In this document: piece after piece, positions 44,531-56,811 of the stretch
Numbering within the stretch: the stretch's first letter is position 1
How the letters are laid out: every line of letters begins with the position of its first letter
From: Macrostomum lignano
Lineage: Eukaryota
Length of the DNA stretch: 64,000 bases
Assembly: GCA_002269645.1 (NCBI GenBank)
Contig: NIVC01000981.1
Coordinates: 62,001 to 126,000, forward strand
Reading direction: 5' to 3'
Program-made: the position numbers and the translations under genes
Notes under the pieces: generated by a model
What the model saw: the letters and a program-made list of their open reading frames with translations, nothing else
Databases searched by the model: none
What the model was told of the DNA's origin: nothing

Positions 44531-45082
44531 ATGTCTAAGTCAAACTCTGGAAGTCAACCCCGCCATCAGCAGCAGCAGCAGCAGCATCATCGGGCCAGCA
44601 TCCCGGCTTACGCTGGCGCTCTGCACTCCGGCCCGAACGGCACCCGGCCGCATCGGATTGCCGTCGACCCCGACGCCGGTCGCTACGTCGGCGACTGGCG
44701 CTGGTGGGGCGGCGACGGAGGCGGCTGCGGCCAGCACACAAGCAGCCTGGCTGGCCTGGGCAAAAGTACACGAGGTGCTTTTGTACCGCGGCCCAGATCG
44801 AGCATGCCGGGAGAGGTCGGCTGGGTGCCCGCGGCTTTCGGTCCCAAGCCGGTGCCGCCGCCGCCTCGGGGTCATCAGGTGGCGATGTCGGAGTTTTGGG
44901 CGGATTTAGAGCATCGCTACAGTTACAGGTACCTGGGAGCCTGGTGGCCCGACCCAAATCAGGGTCAGGGGCTGGCGTCTTCAGTTAGCGGCAGCGGCTC
45001 GAGAGATGAGAACTCCAGTGGATACTTCAATGCCGGACAGCGGGACGATGCTGCGAGTCCCGTGTCTTCTGGTGGCAAATGA
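44531..45082 (+). CDS. 183-aa single-exon protein, possibly C4orf45/SPMIP2 (DUF4562)-like ciliary or sperm protein
   Basis: GC-rich ORF in AT-rich flanks with a good ATG context. RYVG, GEVGW and GHQVAMSEF…YRYLGAW resemble remembered C4orf45 motifs (SYVG, SEIGW, GFHIKYEEL…HRYQNPW). Confidence 0.55.
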   Translation: MSKSNSGSQPRHQQQQQQHHRASIPAYAGALHSGPNGTRPHRIAVDPDAGRYVGDWRWWGGDGGGCGQHTSSLAGLGKSTRGAFVPRPRSSMPGEVGWVPAAFGPKPVPPPPRGHQVAMSEFWADLEHRYSYRYLGAWWPDPNQGQGLASSVSGSGSRDENSSGYFNAGQRDDAASPVSSGGK

Positions 45083-45089
45083 AGCTGAA

Positions 45090-45385
45090 ATAGATCTGCT
45101 AGTTAAAATTGGTAGATTTGCAGTTAAATCTGGTAGTTAAAATTGCTAGATTTGCCGTTAGATTTGGTAGCTTTTAATTGCTAGATTTACAGGTAGATCT
45201 GGTAGATTTTAATTGGTAGATTTGCAGGTAGATCTAGTAGTTAAATAATGGCAGATTTGCAGTTAGGTCTGGTAGATTTAAATTGGTAGATTTGCAGGTA
45301 GATCTAGTAGTTAAATAATGGCAGATTTGCAGTTAGGTATGGTAGATTTAAATTGGTAGATTTGCAGTCAGATCTGGTAGCTTTA
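45090..45385. repeat. Degenerate short tandem repeat (GTAGATTTGCAG-like)
   Basis: Recurrent GGTAGATTT/GTAGATCT motifs. Confidence 0.75.
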
Positions 45386-45879
45386 ACTTAGATTTTCAGT
45401 AGTTTATTATAGTTGTGGGTTTTTGTATCCAGTTATTCAATTGCACTGCTTGCTACTTTTCTATGTAATAAGTAGTATTGTTGGAGAAGACTGTTCCTTG
45501 TTTCTTGTATTTTTTTTCAATTGCACCTCTGCTGAATTCCTATCATGCTTTGTGTGATTTTATAGCGAAATTTGTCTGTTTCTGAATGTTATTTAAAACT
45601 AGATTTTTCTTCACATTTTCTTTGTGCCAGAAATCTCTGTTCAGATTTTATTCTTTTTTGTTTTTTTAACGCAGTTTTGTCAAAATTTTCTATATTGTAC
45701 TCCTTATGAGATTTTATTTTTATATTGTTTTCATTGTGATTTTTTCTGCTTTAAAGTACACAGAATTCATGACAAAGAACCTTACCTAAGTTGCTTTCAC
45801 GCTGATAGTTGCTCGACTAATTAAATTGTTGCTATTTTTTCTATGAAAATTTTGCCCCTTAGAAAGAGCTTGGTAATTA

Positions 45880-46440
45880 GCCGATGTACATTTTGAGTGA
45901 GGTGGGTGCTTTGGGAGTTGATAAATAGCCAATGTACATAGTGAGTGAGGTGGGTATTTTGGGGTTGATAAATAGCCAATGTACATAGTGAGTGAGGTGG
46001 GTATTTTGGGGTTGATAAATAGCCAATGTACATAGTGAGTGAGGTGGGTATTTTGGGGTTGATAAATAGCCAATGTACATAGTGAGTGAGGTGGGTATTT
46101 TGGGGTTGATAAATAGCTAATGTACATAGTGAGTGAGTTGGGTATTTTCGGGTTGATAAATAGGCAATGTACATAGTGAGTGAGGTGGGTATTTTGGGGT
46201 TGATAAATAGCCAATGTACATAGTGAGTGAGGTGGATATTTTGGGGTTGATAAATAGCTAATGTACATAGTGAGTGAGGTGGGTATTTTGGGGTTGATAA
46301 ATAGCCAATGTACATTGTTAATGAGGTGGGTGTTTTGAGGGTTGATAAATAGCCAACGTAGATAGTGAGGTGGATGTTTTGGGGGGTTCGATAAATCGCC
46401 AAGATGTACATTGTGAGTGAGATGGGTGTTTTGAGGAGTT
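45880..46440. repeat. 47-bp minisatellite (AATGTACATAGTGAGTGAGGTGGGTATTTTGGGGTTGATAAATAGCC)
   Basis: About 12 units immediately upstream of NEURL4. Confidence 0.95.
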
Positions 46441-46589
46441 GATTCATCGCCAATTTTTTTGTCCCATTTTTCAGGCGCCCTAAACGTCAATTAAAATAAG
46501 CTCTCCAATTGAACTCATTTTTGCAGTAAATCAGCGGCCTTTGCTACTAGAAGACGCCCCAGTTATAGCATCCCTGTCCGCAGTCAAAG

Positions 46590-49500
46590 ATGCCGAAGTT
46601 TCATCAGCAGGCCGGCTCCCTAGTGGTGCTAGATTCAGACTTTAGAAGTGCACGTCGGAGATCATATTTGAACGAGTTCAACAATGGCCTCGTGTTCAGT
46701 CATCGGCCTTTACGCGACTATCAGGTGTTCTCAGTGCGAATTGTGGACAAAACCTTAGCTTGGAGCGGCTCCATAGAGATTGGCGTCACCGCCTGCAATC
46801 CGAGCACGCTGACTCCTCTACCGTGCAGCGCTTCCAACCTGACCAGGTCAGCCTGGGTCATGTCCGGCTTCTCCGTCCTCCGCGACGGCTTCCCCAGCTG
46901 CGAGAACTACGGCCTCGATTTGGAATCATTGAAAGAGGACGACACAGTTGGCGTTATGCGAACCTCGGACGGGGATTTGCACTTTTACGTTAACGGCGTC
47001 GACTTGGGCGTGGCGGCTAGGAACGTGCCCTCTCCAGTGTGGGCCGTTGTGGATCTGTACGGCAAGTGCGTTCGCGTTGTCATAGTAAACGACGACACCG
47101 ATTTACTTGACGATGAAGATGATATTGATGTCGAGCAGAGAGTATCGACTGTTCCAGCTGAATCTGCTGGCTCGCCAGTGCTGAGCCTGCCGCAGTCAAG
47201 GAGCAGTCTGGATTTAGACAGTGTCGAACCCGGCACCGCAGCTGCTCAGCAGAACACTCCGCTTAGCTTGGCATTGGCCATGTCGCAGCTGCAGCTGGAT
47301 CACATGACCAATCTCAGCAGGATTAGCGCCGCGCTTGACATGGCAGGCGGCGCCAACGGGAGCGCCAGTCGTCTGGAACGTCCGGAACGTCCCAATACGT
47401 TGAATGTGGAACCGACGTCGGCGGCGGCTGCTGCTGCTGCTGCTGCTTGTGGTGGTGCCGCGGCTCTTGTTGATGAAGATATCGACGAAGACCCCAATGA
47501 AGGCGGTAGTCTAGCAGCGGCGGCTGATGTCGGTCACGATGCTCTTCTGGACGACGCTGAGGAGCTGACATTCCATCGGAAATGCGGCACCCTAGTCCGG
47601 TTGAGCACAGATCGTCGGGTTGCCGAACGGCGCAAACCGTTCGACGAGTTTAACAACGGCGTAGTGGTTAGCAGCAGGCCGTTGCGGGATAACGAACTAT
47701 TCAAAATTAGAATTGACAAGCTGGTGCAGAAATGGAGCGGATCTATTGAAGTCGGGATTACTAGTCACAATCCCGAACGATTGACATTGCCGTCAACTAT
47801 GACGCAGTTGCGGTCTGGCACTATTATAATGAGCGGCGCTGGCATACTAATGAATGGCAAGGGCACACACAGAGAGTATGGCAAGGTTAGCCTGGACTGT
47901 TTGAAAGTTGGCGACCGAATTGGATTGAGAATTTCTCCGGAGGGCGACCTGCGGTACTACATTAACGGGCGGGACCAGGTGCGCTGCGTCCTTCACTTGT
48001 TTTTGTTATCAGTTATTGGCTTTGGTCCTTTGACGTTGATTCTTTTGACCTTGGTGAATTTGACCTTGGTGAATTTGACCTTGGTTGTTTGACCTTGGTT
48101 CTTTTGACCTTGGTTATTTGACCTTGGTTCTTTTGACCTTGGTTATTTGACCTTGGTTGTTTGACCTTGGTTATTTGACCTTGGCTCTTTGACCTTGGTT
48201 ATTTGACCTGGGTTCTTTTGACCTTGGTTATTTGACCTTGGTTCTTTTGACCTTGGTTATTTGACATTGGCTCTGAACTTGACTCTTTGACTTATGTAAT
48301 TGACCTTGGTAATGTGACCTTGGTTATTTGACCTTGGCTCTTTGACATTGGTCCTTAGGTCATATGACTTTGGTGCTTTCATATTTCTCATTTGACGTGG
48401 GTTTCTAAAATCGTCTTTAACCATCGCCTTGTGCACGCACGCAGGGCGTTGCCGCCAGTCGCGTCTCCCGGCCCCAGTGGGCAGTGGTGGACCTCTACGG
48501 CATGTCCGTCAAAGTCACGCTGGTGTCGCGCGGGCTGCTCAGCGGCCGGAGCGTCAGCCAGGCTGCCCGACAATCCTGCGGGCCTCAGCTGTCGGCGCTG
48601 CCGTCCTCCTCGGCGCCACCGCTATTGTCAACTTTCTCCGAGGACGAAGACCAGCGCGAGGAGACGGAGAAGCTGACCTTCAGTCCGGCAGCTCCGTTCG
48701 GGGTGCAGATCAGCGACGGCGCCACCAGGGCCAGCGGCCAGGGCGAGCTGCTCAGCAACCGGCCGCTGAGACTGGGGGAGCCGTTCGCTCTGCTGGTGGT
48801 CAGCGGCTCCGTGCAGGTGAGTCTGTCTCAGTTGCCTGGGCTACCAGCCTCTCAGATCCTCAGTTTCCTAGGCAACCAGCCTCTCAGATCCTCAGTTTCC
48901 TAGGCAACCAGCCTCTCAGATCCTCAGTTTCCTAGGCAACCAGTCTCTCAGATCCTCAGTTTCCTAGGCAACCAGTCTCTCAGATCCTCAGTTGCTGGGC
49001 CAGCCTCCCAGATCCTCAGTTGCTGGGCCACCAGCCTCTCAGATCCTCAGTTGCCTGGGCCACCAGTCTCTCAGATCCTCAGTTTCCTAGGCAACCAGTC
49101 TCTCAAATCCTCAGTTGCTGGGCCACCAGCCTCCCAGATCCTCAGTTGCCTGGGCCACCAGCCTCTCAGATCCTCAGTTGCCTGGGCCACCAGCCTCTCA
49201 GATCCTCAGTTGCCAGGGCAACCAGCCTCCCAGATCCTCAGTTGCTGGGCCACCAGCCTCAGATCCTCAGTTGCCTGGGCCACCAGCCTCTCAGATCCTC
49301 AGTTTCCTGGGCAACCAGTCTCTCAAATCCTCAGTTGCCTGTGCCACCAGCCTCTCAGATCCTCAGTTGCCTGGGCCACCAGCCTCTCAGATCCTTTGTT
49401 TCCTGGGCAACCAGTCTCTCAAATCCTCAGTTTCCTAGGCAACCAGTCTCTCAGATCCTCAGTTTCCTAGGCAACCAGTCTCTCAGATCCTCAGTTGCTG

Positions 49501-51277
49501 GGCCAGCCTCCCAGATCCTCAGTTGCTGGGCCACCAGCCTCTCAGATCCTCAGTTGCCAGGGCCACCAGCCTCTCAGATCCTCAGTTTCCTAGGCAACCA
49601 GCCTCTCAGATCCTCAGTTGCCAGGGCCACCAGCCTCTCAGATCCTCAGTTTCCTAGGCAACCAGCCTCTCAGATCCTCAGTTACCTGAAGCCGTTGTTC
49701 CTGCTGCACAAAAGCCAATCAGGTCAACTCTCTCTCCCGTTTTATGCAGGTAAGCGTGACCACTGGCACCGGACCGCCCAGCGGTCGCAGCTGGAGTCTG
49801 TCCGAGCCTGTCCGAGCCGGGCCGGGCACCAGCCTGTCCGTTTGCGTTCGTCGCGACGGCGTCCGGTTTGCTCGCAACGACGAAGATTTGGGCGCGGCGC
49901 CGAATTCCGCCGGCGTGTCGGCGCCGCTGTACGCCCGGGTGCTGCTGGACGGCGAGGCGCTGATCCGCCTGGACGCCTGCTACCTGCACTACTTCCACGA
50001 GCGGCACGGCCGCAATGTGGCTCTGCTGAATAATAAGAGAACTGCCAGGTGAGACACTTGCTTAGTGGTGGTGTTGTCCTCTGCTGATTGTTGTGCATTT
50101 CTATGTGCTTTTTCGGTCGGCAACTGAGGATCTGGGAGGCTGGCCCAGCAACTGAGGATCTGGGAGGCTGGCCCAGCAACTGAGGATCCGGGAGGCTGGC
50201 CCAGCAACTGAGGATCTGGGAGGCTGGCCCAGCAACTGAGGATCCGGGAGGCTGGCCCAGCAACTGAGGATCTGGGAGGCTGGCCCAGCAACTGAGGATT
50301 TGGGAGGCTGACCCAGCAGATGAGGATCTGGGAGGCTGGCCCAGCAACTGAGGATCTGGGAGGCTGGCCCAGCAACTGAGGATCTGGGAGGCTGGCCCAG
50401 CAACTAAGAATCTGGGAGGCTGGCCCAGCAACTGAGGATCTGGGAGGCTGGCCCAGCAACTGAGGATCTGGGAGGCTGGCCCAGCTGGGATCTACCAAAT
50501 TAGGCTATCCTGGACTCGCGGCATCAGTATTCCCGACTGGAAACTCTCTCCCCAACCGCAGGCGCACCAACCCATCGGCTGAGTTCAACGACGCGGTCTG
50601 CCTGTCTGCCCGGCCACTGCTGGAAGATGAGATATTCGAAATTCGCATCGACCACCTGGTGGACCGGTGGAGCGGGTCCCTGGAGGCCGGTGTGATCGCG
50701 GCTCCGCCCAGCCAGTTCCCCACCACCCTGACAGACATCAGGCAGGACTGCTGGCTGCTGTCGGGCTCCACGGTGATGCGGGACGGCGCCACGGTGCGCA
50801 CAGGCTACCCGCTGGACCTGGACGACCCGGCCGTGGTTCGGCGTGGCGACCGGATCGGCATCTGCGTGAAGGCCTCCGGCGAGTTGCACTTCTATCACAA
50901 CGATGCCGATATGGGCCCGGCGTGTTCGGCAGTGCCGCTCGGAGTCTACGCTGTTGTCGACCTCTACGGCCAGTGCGCCGCCATCAGCCTGTGCCCCGCG
51001 CCGCCGCCGCTGCCGCACGCGTCGTTCTACGCTTCCGCCGACGCTGAAGCCGCCGCCGCCGCAGCTGCCGCGGTGGCCGCCGAAGAAATTGACGACCCTG
51101 CAGCGTCTGGCGGCCCTGCGCCTGCGGCTGCTGCTGAGGACTCGGCAGATGAGCAGGGCTTCAGTGCGAGCGCTGCGGCCGAGAGCAAGTCGTCGGCTGC
51201 GAGGAATGAGACTGCTCCGTCTGGTGCTGGCTTTGGGGCGTTCAGCGACCGGGTGCAGGTGTGTCTGTCTGTCTGTG

Positions 51278-51338
<61 letters not shown>

Positions 51339-51363
51339 GTCTGTCTGTGTCTGTCTGTCTGTG

Positions 51364-51410
<47 letters not shown>

Positions 51411-51411
51411 G

Positions 51412-51458
<47 letters not shown>

Positions 51459-51475
51459 GTGTCTGTCTGTCTGTG

Positions 51476-51508
<33 letters not shown>

Positions 51509-51553
51509 TTCTGTCTGTCTGTGTGTCTGTCTGTCTGTCTGTCTGTCTGTCTT

Positions 51554-51584
<31 letters not shown>

Positions 51585-54500
51585 GTCTGTCTCTCTGTCT
51601 ACCTGCCTGTCTGTGTGTCCGTCTGTCTGCAGTTGTTGCTACCACTGCCTTACCTGACGCTATCAATCTCCCTCGCCATTCTCAACCGCCCAGCTGCACG
51701 ACCGCATCCGGGCCACCGGCTCCGGCCTGGTGTTCAGCTCGCGCCCGTTGAAGCCCGACCACCTGTTCGAGGTGAGCATCGACCAGCTGGCCTCGGGTAC
51801 TCGCGTTCCGGCCAGCTCGGGGACGCCGATCCTGGGCCTGAGCGAAGGCCTGCCCCGCACCAGCTCCAGCTGCGTAGACATTCGCCAGGCTCGCCGACGC
51901 AGCTGGCTGGTCGGTCAGGACGGCGCCTATCGCTGCTCGGACGCCGGTCAGCTGACTGTCCTACAGCTGGCCTACGCTCGCTGCCTTCGCCAGCTGGCGG
52001 TTGGCGACCGACTGGCGATTCACTATGCATCCGATGGCGGCGTCAGCCTGCTGGTCAACGAGACCAGCTTAGGCCGGTTCGCCGACACGGTGCCGAGGAA
52101 CTGCTTCGCCTTCGTGCAGTTCGGCTCGCCCACCTGTCCGGCTGTGGAGGAGCTCCGGTTCCTGCGGCAGGCTCCGTGCCGCCTGCCCCGGCTGACCCAT
52201 CGGCCCGGACAGCCGCTCGAGTCCTGCCTGGACGCCACGGTCACCACTAACGGCGACGAGGCCGACGACGCCGGCAACGTCGACGGCGAAGACAATGCTG
52301 ACCGCGGCGAGGCTGACAAGCAGCGGGCTGTAGCCGACAGCGACAAAGACGTCGACGAGACTGAAGCTACTTCAGGGACGGGTAACGTCAATGACGATGA
52401 TGATGTTGTTGTTGACACAGACGGCAGTGAGCAGAAGCAGCAACAGCAACAGCAGCAAGGCTTTGTTGTCGCCGGAGCTAACTGCGCTGTATCGTCGGAT
52501 CGGCTTACCGCCCGACGTCGGGTCGGTTTCTGTCACGCTGTGGCCGCGTGTGCCGATCCGTTGGAACCGGCCGGCCGGCCCGTCTTGTTTCAGCTGGACT
52601 CCTTAACGGCGGCTTCGGCATCGGGCCCAGCCGGTTCGGTTAGTCTGGGCCTGCTACGGCGCCGGCCGAGTCATCGGGATCAGCTGGCGGCTACGCTGGT
52701 TAATCAGCGAGGCGAGCCCGGGTTGCTGCTGTGCGTTGTTGGCGACTCCGTCTACGGGTCTGGACTAAAGCTGGTGAGGACTGACTCTGCCTTGATGTAC
52801 ACAAGAGAACGTATAAAATCTTTCCTCTAATGTACATACAGGACCCTAGAATATCTCTGCCCCAAAGTAGTGTACAGGACCCTAAAATTTTTCTGCCCCA
52901 ATGTACATACAGGACCTAGAATATCTCTGCCCCAATGCACAGACAGGCGGCCCTAGAATATCTCTGCCCCAATGTACACACAGGACCCTAGAACATCTCT
53001 GCCCCAATGTACACACAAGACCCTAGAATATCTCTGCCCCAATTTACACACAGGACCCTAGAATATCTCTGCCCCAAAGTAGTGTACAGGACCCTAGAAT
53101 ATCTCTGCCCCAAAGTAGTGTACAGGACCCTAGAATATCTCTGCCCCAAAGTAGTGTACAGGACCCTAGAATATCTCTGCCCCAAAGTAGTGTACAGGAC
53201 CCTAGAATATCTCTGCCCCAAAGTAGTGTACAGGACCCTAAAATTTTAACCCCAATGTACATACAGGACCCTATAATATTTGCCCTAATGTACGTACAGG
53301 ACCCTAGAATATTTGCCCTAATGTACATACAGGACCCTAGAATTTTTCTGCCCCAATGTACACACAGGACTCTAGAATATCTTTTCCCCGGTGTAAACAG
53401 GAGACCGTAGAATATCTCTGCCCCAATGTACACAGGAGACCCTAGACTATCTCTGCCCCAATGTACACAAGGCAGCCTAGAATATCTCTTCCCCAACGTA
53501 AACAGGAGACCGTATAATATCTATCCTCCAATTTACACAAGACACCCTATAAAATCTCTGCCCCATGTGCACACAGGAGACACTTAGAATATCTCTGTCC
53601 TAATGTACACGCAGGACCCTAGAATATCTCTGCCCTAATGTAGACACAGGACTCTGCTCTACCCCAAAGTAACCTGAATTCTTGCAGCTCCAGTCGGGCC
53701 TGTCCGTTGACCTGGACACCCTGTCCGAAGGTGACACAGTTGGCCTCATGCTGGACGCGGAACGTCGTCCCCGCCTGATTGGTTCGAATGGCCGACCCTC
53801 GGAGCCGATCGGCGAGCCAGTAGGCCTTCGACCAGTCTATCCGGCCATCGACATCTACGGCCGCTGCAGTCAGGCATCCATCGTCGCTACGCCGGATTCT
53901 GCCAGCTCCGGCTCCGGCGTCTTGTCGACTAATCCGACCTCCGTTCCGACAGCGCCGATGGATCCGACAAAAATTGCAATAACGTCAGTCGCGACGCTGG
54001 CGTCGACATCGACAATTTGTTCGCAGCGACGTCGAGCGCAGCGTTGGCTCGAGCGACTGGCTCTGCCGGCGGCGCTTCTGCGGCCGAAATACGACTCGTG
54101 TGCCTGCCGGTCGTGCGCCAGCGGTGTCGGCGGCGTCGCTGCATCGAAATCGTTAGAGACAGCCAAATCTGCCGATGACGGGGCCGGCTGGACCAAATTC
54201 GGCCTGCGCGTGTCGACATCCTCGCCGCACATTCTGTCGCAACAGGTTCGGCTCTCTTTTAAGCATTTTGTCCTCAATGTCGGAGATTAGTGACACAATT
54301 ACCGGCACCATGCAATCACCGACACAATCACCGATACACACCGACACACCGACACACCGACACAATCACCGATACACACCGACACACCGACACAATTACT
54401 GATATACCTATCAACACGCCGGCACACTCACCGACAAAATGACCGGCACACTTACCGACACAATCATCGACACAAGCACCGACACAATCACCGGCACACT

Positions 54501-55570
54501 CGCCGACACAATCACCGACACAATCACCGGCACACTCACCGACACAATCACCGACACAAGCACCGACACAATCACCGGCACACTCACCGACACAATCACC
54601 GACACAATGACCAGCACACTCACCGACACAATCATCGACACAAGCACCGACACAATGTCCGGCACACTCGCCGACACAATCACCGACGCAATCACCGGCA
54701 CACTCACCAACACAATGACCGGCACAATCACCGACACAATCGCCGGCACAATCACCGGCACAATCACCGGCACACTCACAGACTCAAAGACCGGCACACT
54801 TACCGACACAATCACCGGCACAATCAACACACACTCACCAACACAATCACCGACACATTCATCGACACATTTATCGACACACTTTCCGACACACTCACCA
54901 ACACAATGACCAGCACACTTACCGACACAATTACCGATACAAGCACCGACACAATCACCACACACTCACCGACACATATCGAATCTCCAACATTTCCTTC
55001 TCTCCCCGCCAGCTCACCCGCTGGGTGCTGGCCTACCTGCCCGTGCCGATCGGCCAGCTGCGCTGCCTGCTCGACTCTCCCGACCCCGTGCTGCTGAGCC
55101 TCGCCGCCTCGTCGCCCGCTACTGGCGACTCCATCGACGACGACGAATCTGCCGAATGCGTTGACGAGGCCTCCGTGGTGAAGCACCAGCTGACCCTGTT
55201 CCCCTCGGCCGAGCAGGCCGCATCCCAGCCCTGCAGAATCGATCGAATCCTGCGCTATCGTCGGCATAGCAACGCAGAAGGCGACGATTCGGACGGCGAC
55301 GAAGGCGACGGCAACGATTCCTCCGGCGAGGATGGCGGCGGCGGCGGCGGCGACGGCGACGTGCACGGCGGAGCGGAGCGTCGTCAGTTCGGCGAGCTGC
55401 TGGTCGAAGTTCGACTCTGTCCGGGCGCTTTCGCTGCGGCTACGCTGGAGAATCGGAGTCCAGCTCAGCAGCAACAGCAGCAGCAGCAGCAAATTCTAGT
55501 AACCAAGGAGCTGGGCGCCGTTCTTTGCACCGGCCTTCTCTTCCGGCCTTGCTCCGCTGTTAGCTATTAA
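46590..55570 (+). CDS. NEURL4: Neuralized-like protein 4 (~1650 aa; about six NHR domains + C-terminal ART-like domain)
   Basis: Phase-consistent exons 46590-47978, 48445-48816, 49750-50048, 50562-51258, 51694-52773, 53688-54245 and 55013-55570. Repeated NHR motifs ([29 protein letters not shown]). The C-terminus matches NEURL4 (LALP…C.CRSC…[23 protein letters not shown]). Confidence 0.92.
48040..48355. repeat. ~15-bp minisatellite (TTGACCTTGGTTATT), NEURL4 intron 1
   Basis: About 20 degenerate units. Confidence 0.9.
48825..49682. repeat. 28-32 bp minisatellite (CCAGCCTCTCAGATCCTCAGTTGCCTGGG), NEURL4 intron 2
   Basis: About 27 units. Confidence 0.95.
50120..50486. repeat. 28-bp minisatellite (GCAACTGAGGATCTGGGAGGCTGGCCCA), NEURL4 intron 3; reverse complement of the intron-2 array
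   Basis: About 13 units, exactly complementary to units such as those at ~48992-49022 and ~49496-49525. Confidence 0.95.
51259..51628. repeat. (GTCT)n microsatellite starting at a NEURL4 donor site
   Basis: Direct inspection. Confidence 0.97.
52830..53650. repeat. 34-36 bp minisatellite (ACAGGACCCTAGAATATCTCTGCCCCAAAGTAGTGT), NEURL4 intron 5
   Basis: About 23 units, homogeneous in the centre and degenerate at the edges. Confidence 0.93.
54290..54980. repeat. 12-bp minisatellite (ACCGACACAATC), NEURL4 intron 6
   Basis: It accounts for the T/D-rich and V/S-rich spurious ORFs. Confidence 0.93.
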
Positions 55571-55671
55571 AGAATCTAAAAGCGCTCCTTAATAATAACT
55601 TAATATTCCGTCTGTGATGCGCATTGGAATGCAGGTTTATCCGACAAAAATCAAAGCAGTGTACGCAACAC

Positions 55672-56050
55672 ACTCTAATGTACATTCTTCCTGGGAATCT
55701 CCTTTCCCTAATGTACACTCTTCCTGGCAATCTCCTTCCCCCAATGTACACACTTTCCGGGAATCTCCTTCCCCCAATGTACACACTTTCCGGGAATCTC
55801 CTTCCCCTAATGTACACTCTTCCCGGCAATCTCTTTCCCCCAATGTACACTCTCCCCGGGAATCTCCTTCCCCCAATGTACACTCTCCCGGGAATCTCCC
55901 TCTCCCAATGTACACTCTTCCAGCAATCTCTTTCCCCCAATGTACACTCTCCCCGGGAATCTCCTTCCCTAAATGTACACTCTCCCCGGGAATCTCCTTC
56001 CCCAAATTTACACTCTCCCCGGGAATCTCCCTCCCCCCAGTGTACACTCT
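55672..56050. repeat. 33-bp minisatellite (AATGTACACTCTCCCCGGGAATCTCCTTCCCCC)
   Basis: About 11 units just 3' of the NEURL4 stop. Confidence 0.93.
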
Positions 56051-56811
56051 CAAGGAATCACTGGCCCCAGCAAAACCTTCCTATTACAGATGTACACGAA
56101 CCTTGAACTTGTACTTGTAGCTGGTTTGTAAAATTTTGGTTTCAAGTTTATGAATGAAAATTTATTGCTATTGAGAGTCTGATTATTGTGAAAATTGCTG
56201 ATTAAAACGCTATCCAGACTACTCCAGTCTTTGTAGTTGCTCGCATTTTAGCTGTCGAAATAATTCGTATATTTCTACTGTTGATCTTAGAATGAATAGT
56301 GAAATAGAGTATAAGTTTGTCTAATTTTTCAGTTGCATACTTAATTTACTAAAACCAATGGATTCCAATAAGCGTTTGAATTGGCGTGTTTTATTTTAAA
56401 TTTCTCTTGTTTTTGGTCCCGTAATTTTGACGTTTGTTTTACTTTTTTCACATTTCAATATGTATTCAGTGATCATTACAATGTTAAATTTACTTAGCCA
56501 ACTAATTAATGCTTAGTTTATCCTGTAGGTTGTAGAAAAATAGATTTTACTGTATGTAAATATCACTCTCAAAGTTTAGCATAGATGCCACAATATTTTA
56601 TTTTCAGCTTGTAATTTTCTAGCAGAATCAGCACAAGCGCTTTCCTATCTGCGTTAATTTCTGTTGGGAATATTGCTTATTCTGTTAGTTGACAAATATA
56701 TGCGTTTTATGACATTGTTACAGGAGTGAGCAGCTGGGTTGAGGCAGCTGAAAGTGAAAAAAACCTCTTGCATTTTCAGTTTTTTTCGAAGTTTATCATC
56801 TCTTGGGACTT

